Source: Candidatus Poribacteria bacterium (lineage in GTDB: Bacteria > Poribacteria > WGA-4E > PCPOR2b). From it: 64,000 nucleotides of DNA. The stretch covers positions 2,944,001 through 3,008,000 of the forward strand of contig OZ244042.1 of the NCBI GenBank assembly GCA_965215015.1. Reading direction: 5' to 3'. Shown one piece after another: positions 10,263 through 20,644 of the stretch. The translations under genes and the position numbers were made by a program. The first letter of the stretch is position 1; every line of letters starts with the position of its first letter. The notes under the pieces are model-generated. The model was not told where the DNA came from. It saw nothing but the letters and a program-made list of their open reading frames with translations, and made no database searches.

Positions 10263-10517
10263 TGGCTTGCCTCCTATCTCTTGACCTTAATATATGCTGT
10301 CCACCGCCAGAAATTGCGCCTTTCTTCTATCATTTTGGGGCTTCAAACCCATTATTGCACAAAGCGAAACATCTCAGATTAGAGATATTTCACGAAACCA
10401 GCCCTTGAATGAGATTTCAGAACCTGAACGGTACCTGTTGAGGCGATGATCGTTGCCTCCAAAAACGCAATTTTACTTGACGCTGGGTATAATTTTTTGT
10501 TCCACCAAGCATCTTCT

Positions 10518-10546
10518 ATTCTAAAAGAGATATAATTTTTTGTCAA
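10518..10546 (-). promoter_or_regulatory. Sigma70-type promoter upstream of the STAS/phosphatase genes
   Basis: TTGACA-17bp-TAGAAT on the minus strand. Confidence 0.55.
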
Positions 10547-10628
10547 GCCTTTAATTTTTACAGTTAAATGCCACCTTTTTAGGTTAACTTAGGTTTGCAA
10601 GACGATTCATTCCAAATGAGTATTCCGC

Positions 10629-10658
10629 TTGACAAGGGGTTGTGAGGTATAATAGAAT
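10629..10658 (+). promoter_or_regulatory. Sigma70-type promoter for the cNMP-protein gene
   Basis: TTGACA-18bp-TAGAAT (a TATAAT also present), divergent from the previous promoter. Confidence 0.5.
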
Positions 10659-10697
10659 TTATAGAATGGGGAAACAGCTGACAGAAGGGGAGACATT

Positions 10698-11378
10698 ATG
10701 GCGAAAATAAATCAGACGGATGCGACATGGAGTACGATTTTTGATAGAAAGAGTAAAGCGAAGGTTGAGCGGAGCATTATTGATGTTCTCAAGGCGGTCC
10801 CCGTTTTTGAGGAATTGAGCAATCGCGAAATTCAAAATATTGCACGTATTGCCTATCAGCGACATTATAGTGCAGGGGAAATCATTATCCATGAAGGACA
10901 GAATGCGGCAGGGATGTATATTATGGTGGATGGACAAGCAGAGGTCACCAAATCCTTAGAAGATGGTACAACCCTCCACCTAACAACTTTAGAAAATAGC
11001 GGATTATTCGGCGACGTTGGATTGTTGGATAGCTCTCCACGGACGGCCACAGTTACAGCTACCCGTGACTCAAGTATTATCGGCTTTTTTCGTCCGGAGC
11101 TACTTGAGTTAATCAATTCAAATCCAAGGTTAGCGTCCAAGGTGATTTTCAAGTTAGGCCAAATCCTCACAGCACGCTTCCGGTTTATAAACAATGAATT
11201 TGAGAAGGCACAGGCAGAAATTGGTCGTTTGAAGACACAACTTACAGCGGTGTCAGGCACAAATGGGGAGGAGAGAAGCACAATTTTCAATGAAACTGCC
11301 ATCAGTGGATCAGAGGTGAAGGTTAAAGCCCCAGATTCTATTAGTCCTGATGCAGCCGGAGAAAGGGAAAACCAATGA
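10698..11378 (+). CDS. Cyclic nucleotide-binding domain protein
   Basis: IIHEGQNAAGMYIMVDGQAEV ... FGDVGLLDSSPRTATV cNMP pocket; C-terminal helical/low-complexity tail without a clear Crp HTH. Confidence 0.9.
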   Translation: MAKINQTDATWSTIFDRKSKAKVERSIIDVLKAVPVFEELSNREIQNIARIAYQRHYSAGEIIIHEGQNAAGMYIMVDGQAEVTKSLEDGTTLHLTTLENSGLFGDVGLLDSSPRTATVTATRDSSIIGFFRPELLELINSNPRLASKVIFKLGQILTARFRFINNEFEKAQAEIGRLKTQLTAVSGTNGEERSTIFNETAISGSEVKVKAPDSISPDAAGERENQ

Positions 11379-12988
11379 ACGAATCTGGCAGCCAGAATAA
11401 AACGCCGCATCAGTCCATTGGGGAAGCAGCCTCGTCCGGTGCAGTCGAACCTCCTAGTCAAATAGAGACGGAGCACGTACACACACAAACAGCCATACTT
11501 GCAAGAGAGACACTTATTCCGTTGACGCAAAATACTGAGGCAATGACGTCGGATATCCGGTTGATTGCTCGTGAAAGCCGCGAACAGACACGTCAAGCAC
11601 GAGTAGCAAATGCCTCTCTGAAAATCATCGCTTTTGGTACAATACTGATTTCGCTTGCAATTCTGGTCGGCGTTGTCTACCTACTCAAGGACATCCTTGC
11701 GCTAGTAGTGGTCTCGTTCCTAATTGCCTACATTTTTAGTCCAATTGTAGATCTAATTGAGAGAACAGGAATCAACCGGACCCTTGTGGTCATTGTCATA
11801 ACGTTATTAATGCTTAGCGGTTTTGCCGTTCTTTCAACAGTGACTGTTAACAGCATCACCGGACAGATTTGGAAGTTGTTACCACTAACTGTGGAACTGG
11901 ACTTTGAAGATGATTTAGACCGTGGCGAAATCCCGGAGGGTTTGCGACAGAAGTTCGTGGAGGGCGGTGTTACACTCTCTCAGGATGCAATGATTGAGAT
12001 TGAAGAGACGGGTAACAGGTGGAAACTGATCGATACAGGAAATCACCGGACATACGATATTAGAAAAAAAGAAGATCAACTCAAGGTTTACAAAACACTT
12101 GAATATCTCGTAGATCTTGAACATCTTGTCAATTCAGCGACAACAGGATTGAACCGAATCCCAAAATCCCTTCGTACACCCTTGCTCAACTATCTTGAGG
12201 GAACTGAAGATATGAAGGCTTCGACGGACGTTTCTGCGAGAGAGCCCGTTCAAGCCATTGACCGTGAACGAGTGAATGCCCTTATTGAACGGGCACAAGA
12301 CAAAATTTCGGGATTTGTGTTTGGACAATCCCAGTCAATCTTCAATGCAATTAGCACTTCTGCGCGAGGGGCGTTTTCGGTATTTACAACCGGCGTTATC
12401 ATCCTATTTTTAACCTTTTTTCTCCTAAACGGTGGACGACAGATGAAGAAAGCCTTTATTCAGATTGTGCCGAATCGATTCTTCGAGCCCGCTTTGGTGT
12501 TGATTGAGGAACTCGATCGGCAACTAGGAGAATACCTCCGTAGCCGTCTGATTCAGACAATTATACTCTCGATAATTGCCGCAATTGGATACTGGATTTT
12601 GGGACTACGATTTGCACTCCTCATAGGGATTATTGCTGGACTGGCGAATCTGATTCCCTATATTGGTCCATTCATCGGGGCGATTCCTGCAATTATTGTT
12701 GTTTTCCTAGGTGCCCGATTCGGGCTTGGTTGGAGCTTGTTAGCAGTTATCATTTTAACACTTGTGATACAAATCATTGACAACGCCATTATTACGCCAT
12801 TGATAATAGGCAAAAGTGTTGAGTTGGGACCTGTGACAACAATTGTGGTGGTATTACTTGGCGAGCAATTACTTGGCTTAACCGGTCTGCTAATGGCGGT
12901 TCCGATTGCGGCAATGTGTAAGTTAATCATTGAGGAAGTGTGGACCGAATTTAAGGGATATTCACAGTCAATTCTTGTGGGACACTGA
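11375..12988 (+). CDS. AI-2E family (PerM/TqsA) transporter with an inserted soluble domain
   Basis: LIAYIFSPIVD, NLIPYIGP, QIIDNAIITPLIIGKSVELGP, GLLMAVPIAA motifs; translationally coupled to the cNMP gene. Confidence 0.9.
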   Translation: MNESGSQNKTPHQSIGEAASSGAVEPPSQIETEHVHTQTAILARETLIPLTQNTEAMTSDIRLIARESREQTRQARVANASLKIIAFGTILISLAILVGVVYLLKDILALVVVSFLIAYIFSPIVDLIERTGINRTLVVIVITLLMLSGFAVLSTVTVNSITGQIWKLLPLTVELDFEDDLDRGEIPEGLRQKFVEGGVTLSQDAMIEIEETGNRWKLIDTGNHRTYDIRKKEDQLKVYKTLEYLVDLEHLVNSATTGLNRIPKSLRTPLLNYLEGTEDMKASTDVSAREPVQAIDRERVNALIERAQDKISGFVFGQSQSIFNAISTSARGAFSVFTTGVIILFLTFFLLNGGRQMKKAFIQIVPNRFFEPALVLIEELDRQLGEYLRSRLIQTIILSIIAAIGYWILGLRFALLIGIIAGLANLIPYIGPFIGAIPAIIVVFLGARFGLGWSLLAVIILTLVIQIIDNAIITPLIIGKSVELGPVTTIVVVLLGEQLLGLTGLLMAVPIAAMCKLIIEEVWTEFKGYSQSILVGH

Positions 12989-13089
12989 ATTTGGATGACT
13001 CGTCCCCCTTTCCAAAATCGACAATGCCGTGTCGATCGACGGAGCTTGACCTACGCCCATTAATCTATATTTGATGGACAACTATTCTT

Positions 13090-14808
13090 ATGACAAACGA
13101 AGAAGTAAAATCCGCGCTGCATCGCGGAACCGCTTTCTTAATGCAGCAGCAAACCCCATCTGGAAATTTTGAAGGGCAACTCTCTGCAAGTACTTTTCCT
13201 ACTTGTGCCTATGCTTGGGTATCCCTTGCCCAAGATCAGTTGCCGGATGACGCATTAATTGATTGGTTGATTAAACACCAGAATCCGGACGGCACATGGG
13301 GCCTTGATGCCGCCAATCAGCCGAACCGAGAAGCCACCTTATTTGCACAACTCATTTTAGAGCAGGTTTGGCAGCGGAAACCCAGTCCGCAAATTGCCGG
13401 GGCACTTGCACGCCTCCCCGGCTATTCGCTAAAACTTGCCTTGATTAAATTATCCTATGCAGCCTTCGGCGAATTCGATTGGAACAAGCTAACATTACCG
13501 CAACATCTGCTCCCTATGGTAGCACTGATGAAAAAGCTGCTGACAAAATTCCCTTTCCTGCAATCGTTCCTCAAGCCGCCGACCCATCTTCTTCCACCAG
13601 TAGACCTCTTCAACACTCCAACTTTTGAGAAGCTGTTTATCGCAGAGCAGCACACGCTCGTGCCTGTTTTTATCCTAATCGAACTGAACACCACGCGCCG
13701 TCCAGAAATCATTGATTCATTGACCAGTTGGCTAAAAGCACATAAGCTTTCTGATAACAGTTGGTTTCGCGTGAACTACATTACAGCATTGTCAGTGTTA
13801 GCACTCATTGAGCTTCAAAAGGCTAAAGCAAATTCCCAAGCTACTTTGGATTCCGAACCATTGGAGCTTACTCAATCAGAGGAGCTCCAACCGTTGATCG
13901 ATGGCGGAATCGCATGGCTGCAATCAACACGCAATCCAGATGGTGGCTGTCGGGAAGCGTTGAATCTCAACATTTGGGATACGGCATTAAGTGTACTTAC
14001 GCTCATCGATATTGGTAATGCAAACGCGAATCACGCTCTTCAACGCGCTGGCAAATGGTTTATTGATAATCAGAATCCGGATGGCGGTTGGGCGTTTTCG
14101 GCGATGGGAGGAGGGGGTAGCCTGCCGAGTGATGCCGATGACACGGCGTTAGCTACACTTGCCCTGCTGCGGTCTAAGATTCCCGACAGTACTGAAGCGA
14201 TTCAGCGGGGGATCGATTGGCTGAAGGCGCATCAAAGTCTTGATGGGAGCTGTAGCACGTATCTTCCCGGTCAGGGCGATGTCGGGTGTGTGAGTATTAC
14301 TGTTCACGCAATCGAGGCATGGTGTGAAGCGACAGGAATGGAAACGCAGGTCGATCGGGCTTGTCAATGGTTGGAAAGTCAGATTTCCAAAGAGGGGTAT
14401 TGGTCAGATCTTTGGCTTGCCAAGCGGACGTATGGAACAGCTTGTGCTATTACCGGTTTAATCAAAGCGGGGAAGACCACCTCACCAACGATTGCGCGCG
14501 GGGTTCGTTGGCTTGAGTCGGTGCAAAATAGCGATGGCGGTTGGGGCGAGGATATGTTCGGTAATTTAACCGATAGCACGGTTGAGCAAACGGGTTGGTG
14601 TACCTACGCCCTATTGCTCGCTGACCCTGAGAGTGCCATTGCCCGGAAGGGATTGGAGTTTCTGCTCGATCGCCAGAGACCGGAGGGCTCATGGGATGCG
14701 AGTTGTGTCGGCATCTATTGGGAGATTATCGGTGGTTATGCCGATCCGATTTATGCTGCGGTTTTCCCCCTGCTCACGCTGAATCAGTATTTGAAAGGTG
14801 TCAGGTGA
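13090..14808 (+). CDS. Squalene-hopene cyclase-like class II terpene cyclase
   Basis: Multiple QW repeats (QNPDGTWG, QNPDGGWAF, QNSDGGWGE, QRPEGSW), WDTA and the catalytic DADDTA (DXDD) motif. Confidence 0.85.
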   Translation: MTNEEVKSALHRGTAFLMQQQTPSGNFEGQLSASTFPTCAYAWVSLAQDQLPDDALIDWLIKHQNPDGTWGLDAANQPNREATLFAQLILEQVWQRKPSPQIAGALARLPGYSLKLALIKLSYAAFGEFDWNKLTLPQHLLPMVALMKKLLTKFPFLQSFLKPPTHLLPPVDLFNTPTFEKLFIAEQHTLVPVFILIELNTTRRPEIIDSLTSWLKAHKLSDNSWFRVNYITALSVLALIELQKAKANSQATLDSEPLELTQSEELQPLIDGGIAWLQSTRNPDGGCREALNLNIWDTALSVLTLIDIGNANANHALQRAGKWFIDNQNPDGGWAFSAMGGGGSLPSDADDTALATLALLRSKIPDSTEAIQRGIDWLKAHQSLDGSCSTYLPGQGDVGCVSITVHAIEAWCEATGMETQVDRACQWLESQISKEGYWSDLWLAKRTYGTACAITGLIKAGKTTSPTIARGVRWLESVQNSDGGWGEDMFGNLTDSTVEQTGWCTYALLLADPESAIARKGLEFLLDRQRPEGSWDASCVGIYWEIIGGYADPIYAAVFPLLTLNQYLKGVR

Positions 14809-15037
14809 AACAACATCTGAATGGGCTTATGAGTTAGATCCCTTGATTTATTGGGAATTTTATCCGCTTAGGACTGTGGCACATGACAATTACAATCCAA
14901 TCGTGGCATACCTTCGCAGGGGAACCCCGATTTCATCGAGGGTAGTAGGCTCTACGGGACGATTACAGGTTGGGAAACCTATGCCACGGTCGTTTTGCTT
15001 TATATTAACTGCATAATCCTAACGCGGTTCACGTCGC

Positions 15038-15709
15038 ATGATTTCTGTTATTATTCCGGTTCTCAACGAAGCCGAGGTTTTAAACCAATCGCTATCTCGA
15101 CTTACACCTCAGCTAGAAGGACATGAGCTGATTATCGTCGATGGGGGCAGCACTGACGAAACCCCGTTGATTGCGAAAAGGTATGGGCAAGTGATTTCTT
15201 CCGAACGTGGGAGGGCTTGTCAGTCAAACGCGGGTGCTGCTGTGGCAAGGGGAGATATCCTCCTTTTCCTGCACGCGGATGTGTGGCTTGATCCCGGAGC
15301 CATTGAAGGCGTTGAAACCGCAATCTCAGCGGGCTGTGCCGGTGGAGCGTTCAAACAGCGAATTGAAGGAGAACACCCCCTGTATCGGTTGATTGAGCGT
15401 GCTGCCAATTTCAGGGCAAAACGGCTGCGGATTTTCTACGGCGATGGTGGAATCTTCATTCACCGTACCCACTTTAATCGAATTGGCGGCTTCCCTGATA
15501 TTCCGATTATGGAAGAAGTGGGGTTTTCTCGAAAACTCCGTCGGCATGGCGAGGTAACACTTGTTGAGCCGAAGATTTATATTTCTGCGCGTCGCTGGCA
15601 AAAGAACGGCATCCTCCGCACCACCTTAACAAACTGGCTTATCACCCTACTCTATCTGCTACGAGTTTCTCCGAATCACCTCGCAAAGCTGTATCGGCAC
15701 ATTCGGTAA
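15038..15709 (+). CDS. Glycosyltransferase family 2 (TIGR04283-like)
   Basis: ISVIIPVLNEA, VDGGSTD, LLFLHAD, YGDGG, SARRW motifs. Confidence 0.9.
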   Translation: MISVIIPVLNEAEVLNQSLSRLTPQLEGHELIIVDGGSTDETPLIAKRYGQVISSERGRACQSNAGAAVARGDILLFLHADVWLDPGAIEGVETAISAGCAGGAFKQRIEGEHPLYRLIERAANFRAKRLRIFYGDGGIFIHRTHFNRIGGFPDIPIMEEVGFSRKLRRHGEVTLVEPKIYISARRWQKNGILRTTLTNWLITLLYLLRVSPNHLAKLYRHIR

Positions 15710-15953
15710 TTCGTTGTTTAGATTTTATTGACATTTTGGTGTAGAGATATGAATCTCGACCGACAGGCTATCTGCCAGTATTGAACAGATTGGGAGGGGC
15801 AACGGGCAGGGTGTTGTTGAAAAGCGTAGCTTCTATTGTGTTTGATCGGAATTTGCTTTTACCGTTCAACTCAACTCCGTTCCGAGAGTCTTCGATCTAC
15901 GTACCGTCAAATTAACAAACCTAGCCCCTTGATGCGGAGCCTGAGGTCGGAAC

Positions 15954-17213
15954 CTACTCCCGATACCCCTGCTTTGCCCAAACCTCCTTTGCAAATGTGA
16001 CCGCTGCTTCTGAAGGCTTAATATCACCAAGGATGCTACTTGGTGGTTGATCCTCTTTATTACGCTTTGGGTCCGGGGACCAGTCGTCATTTTCATACGG
16101 CTTACGTGCCGATTCTACGCGAAAATCGGGGACTTCAATTGGAACAGAATCGTTGAGAGCGGACCGCCAGGCGAGAATACCAACAATGCTCATGTCAATA
16201 CCTCGGTAAACGTCCAGATAGGGTTGTTGACCCGTCTGAATTGCCTCCGCAAAGTGGTAAGAGGTAAAGAAATCCCCGCCACCATGCCCTGCGCTTATCG
16301 CCTCGTTATGATGGATTGGAAAGTCTGGTTTGTAAACAATCTCGGTTGGCTCCCCTATATCTTTCTCCCACGGCTCGCGCCAAACACGCAGGCGGTGTTT
16401 GTCACCATGACGGCTATTTTCCATCAGTCCTTTATTGCCGTGGATGCGGACATAGTTTCCGTGCCCACGCAGTGCCCCATGAAGCGATTTCATCACTGCT
16501 CCGTTATCCATTCGACAAATAATAACGCCGCAAGTGTCGCTGCGTTTCATGTGCATGATCTGGGTTAGGTCCTCGAAGTCGTAGGGCACCACAAAGCCAT
16601 TTACCTTCACGGGACGGGTGTCCGTGATGTACATCACCGGTGCGATGGAATGGGTACAGTAGTAAGTGGATGGAATCCAATTTCGCCAGTGATTGACTCC
16701 ACAACTTCGAGCGAGTTTGACTTTAGCAGGATCTGGGTGCACATACTCCCCTTCACCGTACTTGAATTCGCCGATTCGCCCCTTTTTGTACAAGCGATGC
16801 ATCTCCTGATTATAGGCCATATACGGATAGTTCTCGGCGAATAGATAAATCTTCCCACTTTTTTCAAACGCACGCGCTAATTCTACCCCTTCCGCCATTG
16901 TGTGACAGGCAGCGCACTCGCTCATCACATGTTTGTCTGCTGCAAACGCCTTGATTGCGAAAGGCGCGTGTTCGTGAAAATAGTTAGCGAGCACGACTGC
17001 GTCCATGTCGTGTTCGAGGAATTTGTCGTAGTCAGTGTAAGTGGTCACATGGAGTTGATCGCCGACCTGTTTCAGCTTCTCCTCCCACGTATCGCAGATT
17101 GCCACCAACTCAAGCCCGACCGCTGTTGCAGATCGCATAAAGCTCTGCCCGCGCCCTGCACCGATAACTCCCACGCGGATAGGTTTACTCTCCAGCTGCC
17201 ATACGGTTTCCAT
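15954..17213 (-). CDS. Gfo/Idh/MocA family oxidoreductase
   Basis: Start METVWQ after a GGAGG RBS; VGVIGAGRG Rossmann motif, KHVMSEC, GHGGGDF. Confidence 0.88.
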   Translation of the reverse strand: METVWQLESKPIRVGVIGAGRGQSFMRSATAVGLELVAICDTWEEKLKQVGDQLHVTTYTDYDKFLEHDMDAVVLANYFHEHAPFAIKAFAADKHVMSECAACHTMAEGVELARAFEKSGKIYLFAENYPYMAYNQEMHRLYKKGRIGEFKYGEGEYVHPDPAKVKLARSCGVNHWRNWIPSTYYCTHSIAPVMYITDTRPVKVNGFVVPYDFEDLTQIMHMKRSDTCGVIICRMDNGAVMKSLHGALRGHGNYVRIHGNKGLMENSRHGDKHRLRVWREPWEKDIGEPTEIVYKPDFPIHHNEAISAGHGGGDFFTSYHFAEAIQTGQQPYLDVYRGIDMSIVGILAWRSALNDSVPIEVPDFRVESARKPYENDDWSPDPKRNKEDQPPSSILGDIKPSEAAVTFAKEVWAKQGYRE

Positions 17214-17239
17214 ATCAAATGCCTCCAATAAAATAAGGT

Positions 17240-17435
17240 AGTTCATGTAAACAGAAAGTGTAAAACGCGTGAAACATGAAAACCATTGGTTCACGGGTTC
17301 ATTGATGTAGTCGGGCTAGAAAGCCCGACCTATGGGGCTAATAAAAAAATCCGAAGAGAAATCGTAGGGCCGGGGTTTCCCCGCCCGTACTTGCCAAAAA
17401 GTCGGATTCTGTTGCACAATTTCTTAACATGAGCC
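17240..17435. repeat. MITE-like repeat, family B
   Basis: Imperfect terminal inverted repeats GTTCATGTAAACAGAAAGTG / GCACAATTTCTTAACATGAGCC; near-copy at 4318..4517. Confidence 0.7.
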
Positions 17436-17608
17436 TCATAGAAAACCGATGGAATTTCAACAACACCGGCTTGTGGATCACTTGTGAGATTTCAACCGGA
17501 ATTGCCCCTCCAACCCCAATCGTGATGTGTGGCATTTTTCATCGGTTGCGTTCAACCCAACCCCGTTCCGAGGGGCTTCGACCCACGAGCTGTCAAATGT
17601 CAATAGAA

Positions 17609-17935
17609 CCTAGCAACTTAAGTTAAAATAAAAAACCTTGCGAAGGTCTGAAACCGTCGCAAGGTTGGGATTTTCAACTCAATTTGGCTATATAAACACA
17701 AGTTGCTAGGGAGCCCGTAGGTCAAGTGTCCATACTCGACAAATGCTAGAAGGGTTGCTGTGCTAGGAGCGTTATTTTTTTCGATGTATCGTGCATCAAC
17801 CCAACGCAACACACATATCGCCTCGCTGGGCTTTGAGGGTCGGGCTAGCAGCCCCGCGCTGCCAACTATTAAGGTCAAATAAATAACTTGATCCACTGGT
17901 ATACAGAGGTTATAGCATACGGAGTATGCCTACTA
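17609..17935. repeat. Stacked intergenic repeats (CCTAGCAACTT-ended element plus family C repeat)
   Basis: CCTAGCAACTT...AAGTTGCTAGG inverted ends around the hairpin AACCTTGCGA/TCGCAAGGTT; 17700..17935 is similar to 23689..24115. Confidence 0.6.
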
Positions 17936-17998
17936 TTTTAAGTAGATAGACTTCTCTACAGCAAAAACGCGAATATCGAAACACTTCAATCTAACGTC

Positions 17999-19939
17999 CT
18001 ATTTCTTATTATCATCAACAACTTCATAATCAGCGTCAATGACTTCGCCATCAGGCGATGAAGCTGTGGACTGTGGTTCATCTGTTGGCGTGCTCTGATA
18101 CTCTGGTCCTGCCGATGGCCCACCACCAGTCTCAGCGGTTTGCTTATAGAGCTCTTCCGAAGCCTGATGCCAGACCTGCATTAGACTTTCGGTTTTTGCT
18201 TTAATATCTTCGGTATTCCGGCTTTCTAGGGCTTTCTTAAGCTCCTCAACCGCATTTTCAACACTACTCTTGGTTGCTGCATCAACCTTATCGCCAAACT
18301 CGTTGAGATTTTTCTCCGTTTCATAGATTAGCGAATCCGCCTGATTATGCACCTCCACCTCTTCGCGCTTCTGCTGGTCTTCGGCGGCGTGGGTTTCGGC
18401 ATCTTTGACCATCTGATCAATTTCCGTTTCGGACAGACCCGATGAGGCAGTAATGGTAATGTGCTGTTCCTTACCTGTCGCCTGATCTTTTGCGGAAACA
18501 TTGAGAATACCGTTTGCATCAATATCAAACGCTACCTCAATCTGCGGCATACTGCGCGGTGCCGGTGGAATACCATCGAGTTGAAAACGACCAATCGTTT
18601 TGTTGTAGACAGCCTGTTCCCGCTCACCCTGCAACACATGTACATCAACAGTAGTCTGATTGTCTTGCGATGTTGTAAAAATTTGTGATTTCTTGGCTGG
18701 AATCGTTGTATTCCGTTCTATGAGTCGAGTGAATATCCCGCCCAACGTTTCGAGGCCCAACGATAAGGGAGTTACATCAAGGAGTAAGATGTCCTTCACC
18801 CCTTCGTCACCAGAAAGGACACCGCCTTGAATTGCGGCACCAATTGCAACAACTTCGTCGGGGTTCACCCCCTTATGTGGTTCCCTGCCAAATAGCCGCT
18901 GTACCGCCTCTTGGACCTTTGGCATTCGTGTTTGTCCACCAACCAATATAACTTCCTCAATGTCACTCGCCGATAACCCTGCATCTGCAAGAGCTTTCCG
19001 ACACGGTTCAAGCGATCGTTCAATGAGGTCATCAGTAATCTGCTCAAGTTTTGCACGGGTCAGGTTGACATTGAGGTGTTTCGGGCCGCTTGCATCTGCG
19101 GTGACAAAAGGCAGATTAATATCAGTTTGCATAGCGGTTGAGAGTTCACATTTCGCTTTCTCTGCAGCCTCTTTCAACCTTTGCAATGCCATATTGTCCT
19201 TACGGAGATCTATTCCCTGCTCGCGCTGAAATTCCTCAGCAAGCCAATCGATGATTTTCTGATCGAAGTCGTCACCACCAAGGTGGGTATCGCCGTTGGT
19301 ACTCTTGACCTCAAATACACCGTCGCCGATTTCAAGGATCGAGATGTCAAAAGTTCCCCCGCCCAAATCGTAGATTGCAATATTTTTATCTTTCTGATTG
19401 TCAAGTCCGTAAGCCAATGATGCAGCGGTTGGCTCGTTGATGATGCGAAGTACTTCCAATCCGGCGATTCTACCCGCGTCTTTTGTCGCTTGACGCTGCG
19501 AATCGTTAAAGTAAGCAGGGACCGTAATGACAGCCTGTGTCACCGTCTCACCGAGGTAAGATTCTGCGGTCTCTTTCATTTTCTGAAGAATCATCGCAGA
19601 AATCTCAGGGGGTGCATGCTGCTTATCCGCAACTTTAATAGAGACATCCCCGCTTTTATCGCTCACAGCCTCGTAGGGAACGCGGTTTATTTCTTGACTA
19701 ACCTCTTGGTACTTGCGTCCCATAAATCGCTTGACGGAGAAGATTGTATTTTTCGGATTGGTAACGGCTTGCCTTTTGGCAACTTGTCCGACCAACCGCT
19801 CCTCCTCTTTGGTAACAGCAACAACAGATGGCGTTGTTCTAGCACCTTCAGCGTTTTCCAGAACTTTCGGCTCACCACCTTCTAAAACGGCGACGCACGA
19901 ATTTGTGGTTCCCAAATCAATTCCAATGACTTTACTCAT
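17999..19939 (-). CDS. dnaK: Molecular chaperone DnaK
   Basis: [50 protein letters not shown] tail. Confidence 0.99.
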   Translation of the reverse strand: MSKVIGIDLGTTNSCVAVLEGGEPKVLENAEGARTTPSVVAVTKEEERLVGQVAKRQAVTNPKNTIFSVKRFMGRKYQEVSQEINRVPYEAVSDKSGDVSIKVADKQHAPPEISAMILQKMKETAESYLGETVTQAVITVPAYFNDSQRQATKDAGRIAGLEVLRIINEPTAASLAYGLDNQKDKNIAIYDLGGGTFDISILEIGDGVFEVKSTNGDTHLGGDDFDQKIIDWLAEEFQREQGIDLRKDNMALQRLKEAAEKAKCELSTAMQTDINLPFVTADASGPKHLNVNLTRAKLEQITDDLIERSLEPCRKALADAGLSASDIEEVILVGGQTRMPKVQEAVQRLFGREPHKGVNPDEVVAIGAAIQGGVLSGDEGVKDILLLDVTPLSLGLETLGGIFTRLIERNTTIPAKKSQIFTTSQDNQTTVDVHVLQGEREQAVYNKTIGRFQLDGIPPAPRSMPQIEVAFDIDANGILNVSAKDQATGKEQHITITASSGLSETEIDQMVKDAETHAAEDQQKREEVEVHNQADSLIYETEKNLNEFGDKVDAATKSSVENAVEELKKALESRNTEDIKAKTESLMQVWHQASEELYKQTAETGGGPSAGPEYQSTPTDEPQSTASSPDGEVIDADYEVVDDNKK

Positions 19940-20003
19940 CCGAAATCCCTCCATAAAAAAATAATGATAATTGTTGATTGATTATAGATATAGGGTCTGC
20001 TTG

Positions 20004-20498
20004 TTACTTATGTCTAATAATCCGAATCCATCGGAAAATACTTAATCTTTTAACCTGAAGTGTCTGGGTGTTCCGATTCGTTGAAGCACCCTGCCGACTG
20101 CCTTGATGACGTACTATCGACTGTTGTTTGAAATCTAAGGCGCGGGAAACAAATCCCAGCAATTGTGGTAAATCTATAGGTTTTGATATGAAGGTGTAGG
20201 CACCCGCTTCAAAAACGTCAAATTTTACGCCCTGTGATGTGTTTGCACTCATAATGATGGCAGGCACACCCGGCTGAAATAGCTTAATCTGTTGAAGCAA
20301 TTCTGCTCCTGTTGTGTCCGGAAGATTAAAATCTAGGAGAGCGAGATCTATCGAAGCTTCTCGAACAATTTCTAAGGCTTCATATCCACTCTCTGCAGAC
20401 ACAGCATCGTAACCAGCACGAGTCAAAACCTCGCACAAGACTTCCAAAGAAGCCATATCATCATCAACTAGAAGAATTCGATAACTGTGTCGGATCAT
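20004..20498 (-). CDS. Response regulator receiver protein with a basic C-terminal tail
   Basis: ILLVDDD, LLDFNLPD, ISKP; ~45-aa tail ending KRLSIFRWIRIIRHK. Confidence 0.88.
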   Translation of the reverse strand: MIRHSYRILLVDDDMASLEVLCEVLTRAGYDAVSAESGYEALEIVREASIDLALLDFNLPDTTGAELLQQIKLFQPGVPAIIMSANTSQGVKFDVFEAGAYTFISKPIDLPQLLGFVSRALDFKQQSIVRHQGSRQGASTNRNTQTLQVKRLSIFRWIRIIRHK

Positions 20499-20576
20499 CT
20501 GTTAGTGTTCCTCCCATTCCCAATGATACATATCTCCTGACGGACGACGAAGTCCTAGTTCACGTAGCAGCTTATT

Positions 20577-20593
20577 AGCAATACACATGCCAA
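20577..20593 (-). promoter_or_regulatory. Sigma54 (-24/-12) promoter
   Basis: TTGGCATGTGTATTGCT versus consensus YTGGCACGRNNNTTGCW with correct GG/GC spacing, ~80 bp upstream of the receiver gene. Confidence 0.7.
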
Positions 20594-20644
20594 CACAACA
20601 AACATAGGCAGCAACGCATGCGACAGCCGGAGGTTTCCTAGAAA

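Noticed and set aside
10865-11596. 243-aa minus-strand ORF
   Set aside because: Antisense shadow of the cNMP and AI-2E genes, with no recognisable motifs
20575-20593. CIRCE (HrcA) operator upstream of dnaK
   Set aside because: TTAGCA-N7-TGCCAA lacks the CTC-N9-GAG core; the sigma54 reading on the minus strand fits better
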